Assembly (NCBI GenBank): GCA_002189035.1
Contig: NEEC01000008.1
Span: 2,418,001 to 2,482,000 of the forward strand
From: Utricularia gibba
Lineage: Eukaryota > Plantae > Magnoliophyta
Direction: 5' to 3'
DNA length: 64,000 nt
Shown here: in pieces, positions 39,291 to 52,403 of the stretch
Position numbering within the stretch: position 1 is the stretch's first letter
Layout: every line of letters starts with the position of its first letter
Translations under genes and position numbers: made by a program
The notes under the pieces: generated by a model
The model's database searches: none
Told to the model about the DNA's origin: nothing
What the model saw: the letters and a program-made list of their open reading frames with translations, nothing else

Positions 39291-39892
39291 ACCAATTCAA
39301 ACTCATTGACCAGTCGAGTCAATCCATGCACCTCTTACTTGTTACGATCCATTTTGGATGATTACAAATAACGTATCAAATCCATCACAAGTTCTTTAAT
39401 AGGTGTATCCCATTTCTAGTAAAATGGTCATGTGTATCCCTTTTTTTAAATTAATTTTTTTTTCAATTTCAAGTTCTTTAATAGGTGTATTTGATTGAAT
39501 TCAATAATTACGAGTGGTAAAATATGTTATGATATTAATGTTCCTACTATTTGAATAAAAAAAATAAAAAAATTAAATATTATTCATCATAATAATTATT
39601 TGATGATTTCAATTAGTAGGAGTATATATATTTTTATGTAATATTTTATATAATTATATAGATTAAATGTCATTTAAAAAAGAAAAAAACATATTTGAAT
39701 GATTTTGTTTGAATGAAGAACATGAACCTCGTATCACTTTATTTATCCCATCTTCTTACAAATCTTTGTTCGAGAACTTTGTTACAAACAAAGACAGTTT
39801 TCGACGCCCTGATGCGCAGCACAGGGCAGAGGAACAAGAAAGATACATGGTTTCATTCAGTTATTCATCAGAAGAGATCTCTCTGCTTCTCC

Positions 39893-42800
39893 TCAAGCTG
39901 CAGCTTGGGCTGCAGCTAGCCTTGCAATCGGCACCCTAACAGTTTAAAGGCGACATCTTTACAACGATGGCAGAAAAACAAACACACAGTTCAGTCTCAT
40001 GTCGTTCCGGTACCTGAAGGGAGAGCAGGATACGTAGTCGAGTCCAGCTTCAGCGAAGAAAGCAACCGATGATGGCTCCCCGCCGTGCTCCCCGCAAATG
40101 CCGATCTGCGGTTTCGCTGTGTTAGTTGTTGGGTTGCTGTCAGAGGAAGTTATAAGCAGAAGGATGACAAACCTTGAGGTCTGGTCTGGCGGCACGTCCG
40201 CGCTCTGTGGCCATCTTGACGAGCTGCCCAACTCCTTTCTGATCCAGTACCTGATGCAGTTCCATTTCACACAATCAGCACTGTTGAAGGGGGTGGGGTG
40301 ACTTGAATAGTGAGTGTTCTGGAGTGGACGAACCTCGAAGGGATCGTGTTGGAGGATCCCTTTTGCAAGGTATATGGGGAGGAACTTTCCGACATCATCT
40401 CTGCTGTATCCGAATGTCATCTGTGTTAGGTCATTCGTCCCGAAGGAGAAAAACTCGGCTTCCTCCGCGATCTGCGAAGATTAGTTGTGTCTGAATGCAA
40501 GTTTTATGAATTGAATCAGCTGAAATCATGAGGGTGTATGCTTCTGTTTACCTCATCTGCAACTAAGGCAGCTCTGGGAATCTCAATCATGGTTCCCACC
40601 TTGTAGTTGATGGTAACCCCTGTTTCAGAGAACACTTTTTTGGCAACCTCGCGAATCAAACTCACCTGATGGCCAAGTTCCTGGAAAGAGCATAAGACGA
40701 ATCTCCGATTATGATGTGAATTAGAAGCGAAAAAAGGCAGTTACGAGCAGACATGCCTGAGGAGTTCCGATGAGGGGAACCATGATCTCCGGGAGTACGG
40801 TGATCCCCTGGTGAGTTAAAGAAATGGCTGCCTGGAATATTGCTAGGACCTGCATTTGTGTGAGCTCCGGGTACGATATTCCGAGGCGGCAGCCGCGGAA
40901 GCCGAGCATCGGGTTCACTTCGGAAAGTTTCTCAACTCTCATGTACACATCATCCTCGCTCATCCCTGTATCCTCTGTCACTTGTTTCACGATCTGATCG
41001 ACGTCCCCCTCTGGAAGAAATTCGTGAAGAGGCGGGTCTAGGAGACGAATTGTTACTGGAAGGCCATCCATGGCCCGGAAAATGCCCTCGAAGTCAGCTC
41101 GCTGGTAAGGTAGGAGTAAATCCAGGGCCTTTTTCCGCTGCTCTGTGGTGACCGCCATGATCATCTTCCGCACGGCCTTGATCCTCTCATCCGAGGCAAA
41201 GAACTGAAACTCAAAGATGCATACATGATATCGTAGATTCAGTCACTGGTTTGAATGATGATGTTAAGGAAGGAGACTTGCCATGTGCTCTGTTCTGCAT
41301 AATCCGATCCCCTGAGCGCCGTTGTTCCGAGCAACCAGGGCATCTTCAGGAGTGTCGGCGTTGGCCATAACTTTGATCCGTCGTATCTCGTCAGCGTATG
41401 ACATGAAGACCTCAAGGTCTCCGCTGAGATGCGGCGGCGAGAGAGCCTGTTGTCCGAGGATAACTTCTCCTGTGGAGCCGTTGAGAGAAATCCAGTCTCC
41501 TTCAGCAACCTTCGTGTGAGCGACACTCGCCACTTTTTCATCCTCGTTGACACGGAGATCCGAGCAACCGGAAACGCAGCACTTTCCCCATCCCCGAGCT
41601 ACCACCGCTGCGTGGGAGGTCATTCCACCTCTCGCGGTTAGAATTCCGGCGGCTGCGTGCATCCCTCCGACATCCTCTGGACTCGTCTCCGTCCTCACCA
41701 AGATGACACTCTTTCCTTGTGCGTGCCACGCCTCAGCATCTTCAGCACTGAAAACAACTTGGCCAACAGCTGCTCCGGGCGACGCCGGGAGGCCCTTGGC
41801 TATCACGGAATCTTTGTAAGCTGATGGATCATCGAACTGCACCATCAAGTAAATCTCAGAACTTGACAAGTTATGAGAAGATGCTTTTTCCCATCACTGC
41901 ACCTGAGGATGAAGAAGCTGGTCCAGATGCTGAGGCTCAACCATCTTCACCGCGGAGCGCCGGTCGACCAGCCCTTCGTTAACCATGTCGACGGCGATCT
42001 TCACCGCCCCTTTTCCCGTTCGCTTTCCGGTTCTGCATTGCAGCATATATAGCCTGTTGTCTTGAACTGTGAACTCAATATCCTGGCATGGGGAAATCCA
42101 GAGCAATTGAGTAACGTTTCTCCTTTTTTATGCACTGAACTTGCACCTTTAGGCCTTACCATCATGTCTTTGTAGTGCTTCTCTAAAATCAAGCAATTCT
42201 CCACCAGCTCATAGTACGCGTCCGGCATAGCGTTCTTCATCGCCTCGAGGTCCAGCGGCGTCCTGATTCCGGCAACGACATCTTCTCCCTGGAATCACAG
42301 ACTCCACCATCAGCCCTTCTCACAGTTGAGCTCAAATACACAAATGAAAGGAAAATGAAGCAACCTGAGCATTTATAAGAAACTCCCCATATAGCTTGTT
42401 TTCACCAGTGCTGGGATTTCTAGTGAACAGAACCCCTGTTCCTGAAGTATTCCCCATGTTCCCAAACACCATCGTCTGAATGTTGACAGCAGTTCCCTTT
42501 AGACCAGTGATTTGGTTTATGCTTCTGTACTTTATCGCCCTGGGGCTGTCCATGAATCAAACACTGCCTTCACTGCCAGTTCCAGCTGCTTTTTCGGATC
42601 TTCAAAAACCATCGAGGTATGAGATTTCAGGAAGAATTGGTATAACAGAAGGGATCAGGAATGGGACATTGAATCGTTTTACCAGTTGGGAACTTTTCAC
42701 CCGTTGCCTGTAGGTAAACTCCCTTGTACTCTTCCACGAGGTGTTTCAGATCAGAGGCTGTGAGTTCAGTATCCTGCTTTAGTCCCAGAGTGATCTTCCT

Positions 42801-43611
42801 CTTCTCCAGCTTCTCCTCGAACAGAGAATGCGAAATCCCCATCACCTTCAACCAGAATCCGTTTCTCAACCACCATAAGCCCCAACTACATTTTCAGAGC
42901 TCTTAGTTGCATCGATCATCTTACCACATTTCCAAACATGTCCAAGAATCGTCTGTATGAATCGTAGGCGAACCGGTCTCCGCTCTTTTTTGCCAATCCC
43001 TCGACAACTTCGTCGTTGAGGCCGAGATTCAGGACAGTGTCCATCATACCAGGCATAGAGATCTGCATTTCGCCACACGTTAAGCACCATGCTAAACTTA
43101 GCATAGCAGAAAGGGGTTGCAGTAGATGAAAACTCACAGCTGCACCAGAACGAACGGAGAGAAGCAGAGGATTGCTGGAGTCACCCAGCGAAGAACCCAT
43201 CTCTTCCTCAACCAGCTTCAGAGCATCCATTATCTCCTCCCACAGTCCATCAGGCAGCTGTTTTCCGGCATGCTGATAGTCCTGGCAAGCCTCCGTTGAG
43301 ATCGTCAGCCCCGGCGGCACTGATAACCAATGCTCGACATCTCCGCCAGGTTCGCTCCCTTCCCTCCCAACTAAAACAAAAAACAATTCAATCCAATAAA
43401 TACAATACAAGAGACATGAAAAACCCATCACTAATCACTCGCTCACCAGGGCCTTCATGCCCTTGTTCCCATCACTTCTTCCCTTGACGAAAGTGAACAC
43501 CCTCTGCAAAGAAAAATGCACGAAGTCAGGGCAATGCAGGCTGGCACTCATCCCTTAAAAACCCATCAAACGGCCAACCTTGATTGGCATTTCGTGCTTC
43601 GCAACACCCAT
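39893..43611 (-). CDS. PPDK: Pyruvate, orthophosphate dikinase, short (cytosolic-type) form, 15 exons, with two apparent 1-nt deletions
   Basis: TATAAATA near 43665. Exon 1 [11 protein letters not shown]|RVFTF, then [18 protein letters not shown]|[29 protein letters not shown] (catalytic His and regulatory Thr), [18 protein letters not shown] and GICGEHGG, ending [13 protein letters not shown]. +1 is needed at 43327-43328 and 42550-42551. Confidence 0.96.
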
Positions 43612-45590
43612 TCTGAGATACCACCACCTTGGTCTTCAGAGTGAGAAAGGCGAAGATATTTATTTATAGATGGGAGCGGAGAAAATATCAGGATCAAGCA
43701 CAAGTAGGCTGAGGAGGACCAGCCATGCCAAAGATGATGATGGCTGCTGATGATGGCGCAATTGTTTATCACAGTAGAGAAACGGAATTTTTCGTTGTTT
43801 TGTCTCAACTCAACACAGGGACTGTGGGCGGAGGGTACGCACATTGGAAACAGAGAAACAGCCTCGGAGTTCTCTGAAAACCTCCCACCATGCACATTAA
43901 TGGGAAAAGATGTTAAGCCTATCTCTCTTCTTCTCCAGATTCAGCAAAACCTTAGCGGATGACGAGGCGCGCGGTCTTTGCTCTCATCTTCTTCTCTGAC
44001 CTTCCCCTCTCTCTTTTTTCAGATTGCGAGGAACCCACACCACGTCACCCGTATTATCCAATCGTATTTATTAACTCCTTTATCTACTAAATTCTAAAAA
44101 CGAACCTCATGGATCCCTAATTCGATCTTGAATCCGATTTAATTTAAGTTTTATCCATCAATGTATTCATTTTTTATTAATTTCTGTATTACAATTAAAA
44201 TAAAAATAAAAACTTACTCATTCCTCCTTGCTCAGAAACAAAAAAAAAAAAAAAATCCCCAAAAAAGACAAATTCAAGGTCAAGTCATTTTCTTGTCAGC
44301 TGATAGGAATCTCTCTATATCATGCCTACCTATTTATTTCATTATTTTCCTATTTGATAAAACAATTTTAATAATTGTATCTTAGAACCTGTTAAAATAA
44401 ATATTTGTCTATGGTTGATTTAGCTTTATATGATATTAAAAATGAAAAATTCTAGTTATTGAATTCAAAATTAAATTTCTTTGTAAATGACAAGAAATAT
44501 GAGTATTTTCTTAATAAAGCAATTATTTATACATTATTTTTTTTTGTAATGTCTATCTTGCACAATTAGGTTCTATTTAAATTTATGATTAAATCAAATA
44601 ATGATTTTAATCAGAAGTGGATTCCCGTACGGAATCAGGCACATGTGGTTGTCTGACCTTCTTGGTGATTGGTGTGGCTCGAGCCAAAGAGGGCTCACGG
44701 TTCGATGGCTTGGGGACCCGGGCAGACCAGCGGCTCACCCCCTGGTGCACCAGGGGGGAGCCGGAGATGATCGGTTCTGGCCACCAGAGACGTCGGCATC
44801 CTCCTGATCGCGAAAGCAGAACACACAGACGGCTCTTTCTTTGTAACTGTGGTGATCAGATCAAATGTTGACCTGCTCATTCAACTGTAAAAGCGAGGGG
44901 TGAAGAAGCTAGTAGCCATCCCAGGAGCTGGGAATGGCAAGAAAATTCAAACCCTTTTTCTTCCTTACAGTCATAGTTAGCTAGCTACATGATTGACAAC
45001 AAAGAAGAGGCATCCTGGTCCTCTTTTTTCTGCATCTCATGAACATGAATTCTTAAAATTTAACATGTGTTGTGAGATGACTTTTGATCTCAATGTGTTA
45101 TTTTGGCTTTAAAATACAGAAAAATGGGGAGATATGTTCTTTGTTTGGTTTGGCTAAGCAGGTTTGAATTGGATTTGTCTATTGGTGATGACAATTGGGA
45201 GGGCCTCAGCCACACAAAGGAGCATTGTCTTATCTCACCAGCTTCTGTTTGATAATTAGTTATCAACATTTTTATTATTGAATTTTATTAAAAAAAATTA
45301 CAAAGATATCCATATTATAAAATTATATTTTTTAATAAAAATAATGACATGGAGTAAATCTTTTTTAAAATGTGGATTTGTGTTTTATTATAAATTATAT
45401 ATTAAATAGTAAAAAATATGAAAATATCTATTAATTAGTATAATATATTCTTGCATATTCTGAGTGGGGAGGGTAGGATTCGGATCCTCACCGGGTCAGG
45501 TTTAATCGGGTAAACGAGTTTGTTTATTTATTTATTGTGAGATACAAATTGGCCTTGGCTCCGATTCGTGTGAGTGCGGTGCGTCGCACC

Positions 45591-46002
45591 ATGAACGAAC
45601 TCTCAAGCCCCGACCCTAATTCCGACGCCACTCCCATCCCTAATCCCGGTCAAGAAGCGGCGATTCTTCATCGGGATGATGCCGATGAGGAAGATGAGAG
45701 CGTTAAGCAGCTTCGAGAATGTTCTTCCGTTTACTTATCGTTGCAGGTACACTACAAATTTTATGCTTTTTGTGAGCTTCTGCAGATTTTTAATTCCGAC
45801 TCTATGCCGCAGAACTGCCTGGTTGATAGTAATAGAAACTGGAAGCAATGCCAGAGAGGTATCACTAAATTTGTTGTTCGATCATGCTTTCAAGGGGGTG
45901 ATATTTCTTAGTTCTCATCATATCGTGTGCCGGTTCTTGTAAGCAGAAGTTCAAGCTCTGAAGGCGTGCAATGATAGGAGGAAGAAGGGGCCTGGCGTTT
46001 AG
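45591..46002 (+). CDS. Twin CX9C (CHCH / Cox19-family) small protein, 3 exons
   Basis: MNELSSPD..DESVKQLRECSSVYLSLQ|NCLVDSNRNWKQCQR|EVQALKACNDRRKKGPGV*, containing two C-X9-C motifs. Confidence 0.85.
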
Positions 46003-46274
46003 GAAACTGAGTGAGGATGGATAACTGGAATTGCTTGCTGCTGATGGTATTTCAAATGGTAGAGGTTAAAGTTTCTACCTTTTTTCTGTTGTTGATTGAT
46101 TACAGTCCTTAAGCAATGGTGGGAAATGATGCACCGTTGTCTATACATCATGCTCAGTAATTTGTTGAAGAATAATAATGTTGAGATTGAAGCACATTGA
46201 GAAAGCATGACGCGTTCTCAGAATGAAGTCACAGGGCAATGCCCTCACAGGTAGTAAACTTAAAGGACTCAAGC

Positions 46275-46837
46275 CTATTGAGGAGGACTTGGGGCCGGGA
46301 CAAAGCTGATCGATACGCTATTGACACAATGCCTCTCATCCGTGGGTACGGGATGCCCCTCTCCTTTGAATACATGCCCTAGGTGCCCCCACAAGCTGTG
46401 CAGGTGATCTCTGTTCTCCTTCCATCAGGATCCGGCTGAAAACACAGCATAAATGCAATCAGGTTAGTCTCTTACATTAGGAAGCCATCCCCAACTATTA
46501 TGAATCACAATATACAGAGCGAGTGATGGCTCCAGGGAGGCCCTCATAGAAGGCTGGCCATCCGCAGCCGGAGTCGAATTTAGTGTTGGATTTGTAAAGA
46601 GGGGTGGCGCAGCCGATGCAGTTATAGATCCCTTCTTCATAGAACTTGTCATAGTGTCCAGTGCCCCGCGGCCTGCACACACGAATACCTCCACATCAGA
46701 GATGAGAAAGTGTAGCAAGGGGACTGATGGCAGGTGACTGACTCAGTGCCCTTCTCCCGGAGGATGCGGAACTGCTCCGGCGAGAGAACCGCACGCCACT
46801 CCTCCTCCGATTTCTCAACAGAGAGAGGCGCCGCCAT
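46275..46837 (-). CDS. MSRB: Peptide methionine sulfoxide reductase B (cytosolic type), 3 exons, with an apparent 1-nt deletion
   Basis: [76 protein letters not shown]. +1 is needed in the C run at 46386-46390. Confidence 0.94.
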
Positions 46838-47502
46838 CGTGAACAATGCGTAGGGTGGTGTGGTTGGCAGTGGCATTTTATGCTTGGCTCCCACCATTTG
46901 AATTGGAGCAAAGCATCAATCAGCATTACCATCGGACATGAATGTGGACGGGATCTCGGGTCAGGATGGATATTTCGAATAATAAATGGGAAAATCAGAA
47001 ATAAGGCAAGCCTCTTTTCCTTTCCTTTTATTTTATATTAAACATTTATTGAGATGAATGTTTCAGAACCGTTATACCTCCTCCCATTCATATTTTTTTT
47101 GAGTTCAATTTAATGATTTTTATTAAAAAATAATTTATTATAAAAATTCAATATAAAATTATGAATAAATATTTGAATAGATTGAACCCGGTTTAGTATA
47201 TGATTGGCATGAACATTTGTTTAGGGGTACGGTACCGGTTCTTGGAAAGAACCGTATGTTTGGTTATGGCAAACGGTCCGGTTTGAAAAAACTTGAAACG
47301 ATTTTGTCCGGTTTGCACCCCAAACGACGATTTCATGGAGCGTGGGAAGGCGACTCTTCTCAGGTATCCGAAAGCTTTCGTTTTTAGTTTGATCAAGAAG
47401 AATCCGCAATCGGACAGTGACCAAGACTTTTTCTTCCGCAGGAGGCTGGAGTAATTCGGTCGATTCCCAGATTAGTTTCGTGTTTGTCTCACTAAGGTGA
47501 AA

Positions 47503-50100
47503 ATGTCTTTCTCGTTTTTCAAGCAATCAAGGAGTAAAACCCCTCAGGAATTAGCCAAGCTGCTGAAGGACAGTCTCTCGGCGCTCGACTCCAAGACGGT
47601 AGCCGAAGTGAAATGTCTTGAAAAGGTTGTCACTTTTTTTCGTGGTGTTTGATTCATGATGTGTTTTTTTTTTTTTTTGTTTTTGGAGGGAAGCTATCGT
47701 TGTGATCTATCTGGTCTATCAAGAGTTGTTTTTTTTGTCCTAATCTTCTTCTGAAGTTTGGGTCTTTTGAGGTATGGGACTTAGTTTTGGATCACAGATG
47801 AATGGCATTCCTCGTAATGTAGGTTATGGGATTTGAGTTTACTGATACACAGGATTTTTGAGTTTTTCATTTTTGTTGTAATTAGGTGTAAAATGATCTT
47901 TATAAAGCAAGCCATAGGAAATTCTGCACCGTGACCATATTGACCGGGAGGGCTTTTTAGCATATAAGCCATTCTTTTGAATGTAGAGTAGTTGGACTTC
48001 TTCTGTTTCTCGTTTTCTGTTATGGTATTGGTTGCTTGTCATACATGCTAATATGTTAAGGTCTAGGATACAGGCGTTAGAGGATGTAGAGAGGAATGTC
48101 GCGACAATGAGAAGTATGCTGTCTGGAGATGGTGAAGTTGAACCCAATGCTGAGATGATTTCCCAGTTAACACTTGAATTATGCAGTGAAGATCTTATCT
48201 CTCTTCTAATTCACAAGTTACCCATTCTTGGATGGGAAGTAAGTTGTTGAAATCTATTTTAAGTAGCTTGTTGGTTGCTTGGTGCCTTTGTAATTAGTGT
48301 TGCTAAAATTTGCTGCATCCTTCTGCAGGCTAGGAAAAATGTTGGCTACTGTTGGTCAATTTTGCTAAAGCAAAAGGTTGATTCAGTATTCTGTTGTGCA
48401 AAATACTTAGAGCACCACTTAGAGTTGCTTGACTTCCTTGTTGTTTGGTAAGAGCGATACCTTATGAAACATGAGTACAACATTATGGCTTCTATGCTGC
48501 AACAATAATAATAAGAATCTGCCATTCCCTGTGGGCAGCTATGATAATAAAGACATTGCTTTGACTTGTGGGCATATGCTGAGGGAGTGTATCAAAGTAC
48601 CGACTCTTGCAAGGTAAGGCCGGCATTCACATCCCTGCAGAAACACACTTTTTGAACTCGGATTTTCCAAATCATGTTTAGCAAAGAGGCATTGGTGCCA
48701 GTTTGCATATGTTTCTGTTGTAAACTGCATTTTTTGTATCAGATATATTCTGGAGTCTCCCAGCTTTGAAATCTTCTTCAAGTTTGTTCAGTTGCCTAAT
48801 TTTGATGTTGCATCTGATGCATTCTCCACATTCAAGGTCGGATTTCTTCGTTGTAGCTAATACAATCGATTGATTTGCTTTATTTCTTAGAAAATAAAAA
48901 AAGATTATGTTTTTCATTTAGCGCCTCCCCATAAAATCTTCAGGATCTACTCACTAAGCACCCGACTGAAGTTTCTGACTTTCTGAACAGGCACTACGAT
49001 GAGGTAAATCACTATCTCCATTTTTTTTATAGTTGAGGCGATGGTGAAGAAGAATTTGATAGCTAACTCATTTGAGTGCAGATTCACATCTAGATTCGAG
49101 CTAAACTCATTTGCGTATGCTAATGATAGATTTTCTACTTTATCCTGCGCTCCCAGTTTTTTCAGCAGTACGAAAAACTTTTGACCTCAATCAATTATGT
49201 CACAAGGCGACAATCATTGAAGGTTATTGTTCTATTTGACAGTCCCAATCCTCTAAATATTATCTTTACTGAATTAAGCCTCATTCGAATTTCAGCTTTT
49301 GTCCGAATTTCTTCTGGAATCCTCCAATACCAACATAATGAAACGCTATATTGCAGATATTCACAACTTGAAAGTCATGATGACGTTGCTGAAGGTAATA
49401 CTCTCTGTCTTCTTCCATTATTTTTGATTCATGTGTATTCGTGAAGGCTGATGAGATCCTTTCTTTGGTTGCAGGATTCTAGCAAAAACATCCAAATATC
49501 AGCATTCCATATTTTTAAAGTAAAAATTTGCTGGGTTTTCCTCTTCTTGCATTTTGGTTAATCGTTTATACTGATACATTACCTTGCTGAAGGTCACGAG
49601 CATTCTGAATTCAGCATCATTTTCGTTTGTTTCCATCACCATGTAATGTCATCTGCAGGTTTTTGTGGCGAATCCTAATAAACCTCATGATATAAAAGCT
49701 ATCCTAGCAAAAAATCGTGATAGGCTGTTGGACTTGCTGAGCAATCTATCTCCTGGAAAAGGTTCGTTCTTTCCATTGAAAATTGTGTTAAAACTAATAC
49801 TCAGTTCACATACCACAAGAGCGACTCAAATGAACTCATGGTTTTTCGATTTGAATCTGCGTTTTACTTGGTTCGTTCTGGATGAGTAGTCTTTTTTTCA
49901 ACTCTATCCCATTATGCTTTACGGCAAAACTGGAGCGTTAAAGAACAAGCGATAAACTTTCATCATCATCCAGCAAGCTTTGGTATTATGTTTTCTGATG
50001 TGTGGATGCAGGGGCGGAAGATGACCAATTTGAAGAAGAAAAGGAGCTACTAATAAAGGAAATAGAACACGTTTCTCGGTTGACCAACATCAAGTCCTAG
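47503..50100 (+). CDS. MO25: MO25/CAB39-like protein, 11 exons
   Basis: MSFSFFKQSRSKTPQE, LPILGWE|ARKN, CGHMLRECIK, NFDVASDAFSTFK|DLLTKH, NYVTRRQSLK|LLSEFLL and AFHIFK|VFVANPNK. All junctions are GT-AG and in frame. Confidence 0.95.
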
Positions 50101-51273
50101 GTACCATTCCAGATCATGCTTGGTGATGTGTCACATTATCCATTAATCCTCTCCACGCCATTTCAATCCTAATGCCCTTTTTTTTTATTTAACTATAGAG
50201 TTTGCTCCTGTTACACAATCTTTGTGTCAGGATTTCCTTAGACTGTGAAGACACCTTGTAAACACAGTAACTTCTTCGATTCTTAGGGTTATTCTGAACA
50301 TGCTTGCCATTTATTTTTTCATAAGCATGCATTTTTATATGTACTCTAGTTGTGTAAAAGTAATGAGGACTAGAAGCAGAAGCCAAAAGCAGGTACGTTT
50401 CCCTCTCCCTTCTCAAGGCTGCAGGGATATATTTCCTTGATTCTGAATGAAAGAGCTCTGTGCTCAAACTCTTTCCACTCTTGCTTATCTGAGAATGGAT
50501 CTCAGTAGTAAATGACTGTGGACGAGCCTTTACTCATGCATTATTATGGTCCATGAACCTTAGGATTTCCGACCACCTAAGTGTAGGGTGCAGACCTGCT
50601 TAAGGGCCGTAGCTCCCCAGTTCCATCACTTCACCTGCATGCACCCTTAAATACACCTCGCACGTGCGCAGCTCTCAGGATGCTTGTAGTAGCAACCCGC
50701 TGACTCTCCCAGTTGAGATCATCACTTCTTCTCCAGGTCACTTGCAGCTGTCATAAAACATGGATCTTGTTAGAAACAAGGGAGGATGTAAGATGTTAGA
50801 ACCAAGGGTGAATTAAATATATAAATTATTCACTTAAATAAAAAAATAGCATATGTAATGCATTTTTAATTTATATATGTGAGAAAAAATTAATAGAAAA
50901 TCTTACTGATATTTTTTAGATTTAAATGGGAATAGGAGTTTTAAAATATATTTTAAAAGTTGGGGAGAGTGATAGACTATTTAAAATAAACAAATAAATA
51001 AATACACTGGGGCGGTAACGGCTAGCTATGTGATGGATGCTCCGCTCTACTGTCTGCTTGAGCTGAGCTATGGTAATGGATGGTAATAGTCAACACAGAG
51101 AAGAAGGAGGGTGGACGTGGCTCTTCTCTTCCCGTCCGTGGGTGGCGTATCTGTTATGGCCAGGCATGGGTCTCCTCCTCTTGCCGTTGGATCCTGCTGA
51201 GACCACCCCCTCATGATATTCCTTCCTCGATTTGTGCACTTGCCGGTAGGGGAATCTGGGACATTGAAGCCCC

Positions 51274-52403
51274 ATGGATTTCTTGAAAACAGTTTTATCG
51301 GGGACCTCGCCCCTTCGTCTCCCAGTTCTTCACCTCCAGATTCCGATCCCGAAGATTCCGCATCCTCGTGGACGTTTGGGTCCAGTCTCATGCAATCTAT
51401 AGCTTCAAAGTCGGAATCTTTGCTTGGAAACTACTACAGAGATATCCAAGAATTCACCTCCGGTTTGAAGGATGAGAGTTTGGTTATTCGTGAAGCCGCA
51501 AGCCGAGCGTTGAGGTACTTCCCTGCCCGGCTGGATTCCGGGGCCGCCATCGCACAGGAATCGCTGGAAGCGGTGGGTCAGTCTATTGATATCGTTGCGG
51601 AATTGATTGGTAAGGAGATGAATCTTGCGAGAGGGAACGGGTATTCGAGAAGCGGCGGTGATGCTAAGTTGAACGTGATTGGTAGGCCGTATAGTAGGTT
51701 GGAGGCGGTGATTAGCGGGTTGCAGGGGGACGCTTCTACGTACTGTGATGAAATTGACGACAGTAGTAGTTTCAGTGACTGGAAATTGGAGTTCAGGATC
51801 GAGGGGAAAAGCGAAGAGATAGATAGGCTATTGAAGGAAAATGGGGTGATCAGAGAGATTCATGATGAAATTGTTCCCCAGAGAGTCGATGATCAGACAT
51901 TCTGGTGTCGGTACTTCTATCGGGTAGAAATGGCTGTTAAAGCTGAAGAAACCAGGGCATCCATAGTAAAGCGTGCTATTTCAGGAGATGCAGATGAGGA
52001 TTTCAGCTGGGATTTTGATGATGATACTGAACCTGCCGATGGTGGTAATGTTGATAGTCCCACTGAGGCGGCGGAGGAAGAAAAAGAAGCATTGAAATCT
52101 CAGATGAAGGCCGATCCTCAGGCTGATGAAGTGAACCCAGGGGGCAGATCATCATGTAGCGAGAAAGAAGGATCGGATGGAAAGCTTGGAAGCGATATTT
52201 CCATTATTTGGAGCCAAAAAACTCCTCATGCTGAGGATGACATGGGGTGGGATGAGATTGAGCATATCCCTAGCGGTGAACAGAACAAACCAGAGAGCCA
52301 CCGGAAATCTGCACAGGAAGATGAAGGCCTGACCCACTGGGGAGGAGAGGATGAGGATGAGGATGAGGATGAGGATGAGGATGAGAATGATCCCGCCAAG
52401 TAG
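51274..52403 (+). CDS. BSD domain-containing protein, intronless, with an apparent 1-nt deletion
   Basis: The likely true start MDFLKTVLSG at 51274 joins the long ORF with +1 G at 51300-51303. It continues SIASKSES..YYRDIQEFTSGLK, PYSRLEA..LQGD..TY, IVPQRVDDQTFWCRYFYRV and an acidic tail. Confidence 0.9.
52347..52385 (+). repeat. (GAGGAT)6 coding microsatellite giving an (ED)n tract at the BSD C-terminus
   Basis: Directly visible in the sequence. Confidence 0.9.

Noticed and set aside
50480-50760. GC-richer segment with GTGATGA..CTGA on the minus strand as a C/D snoRNA or extra exon
   Set aside because: Box spacing is short, there is no terminal stem or recognisable rRNA guide, and no meaningful ORF.
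51140-51170. TGCCTGGC on the minus strand resembling the 5' end of miR160
   Set aside because: Only 8 nt match and there is no foldback partner.
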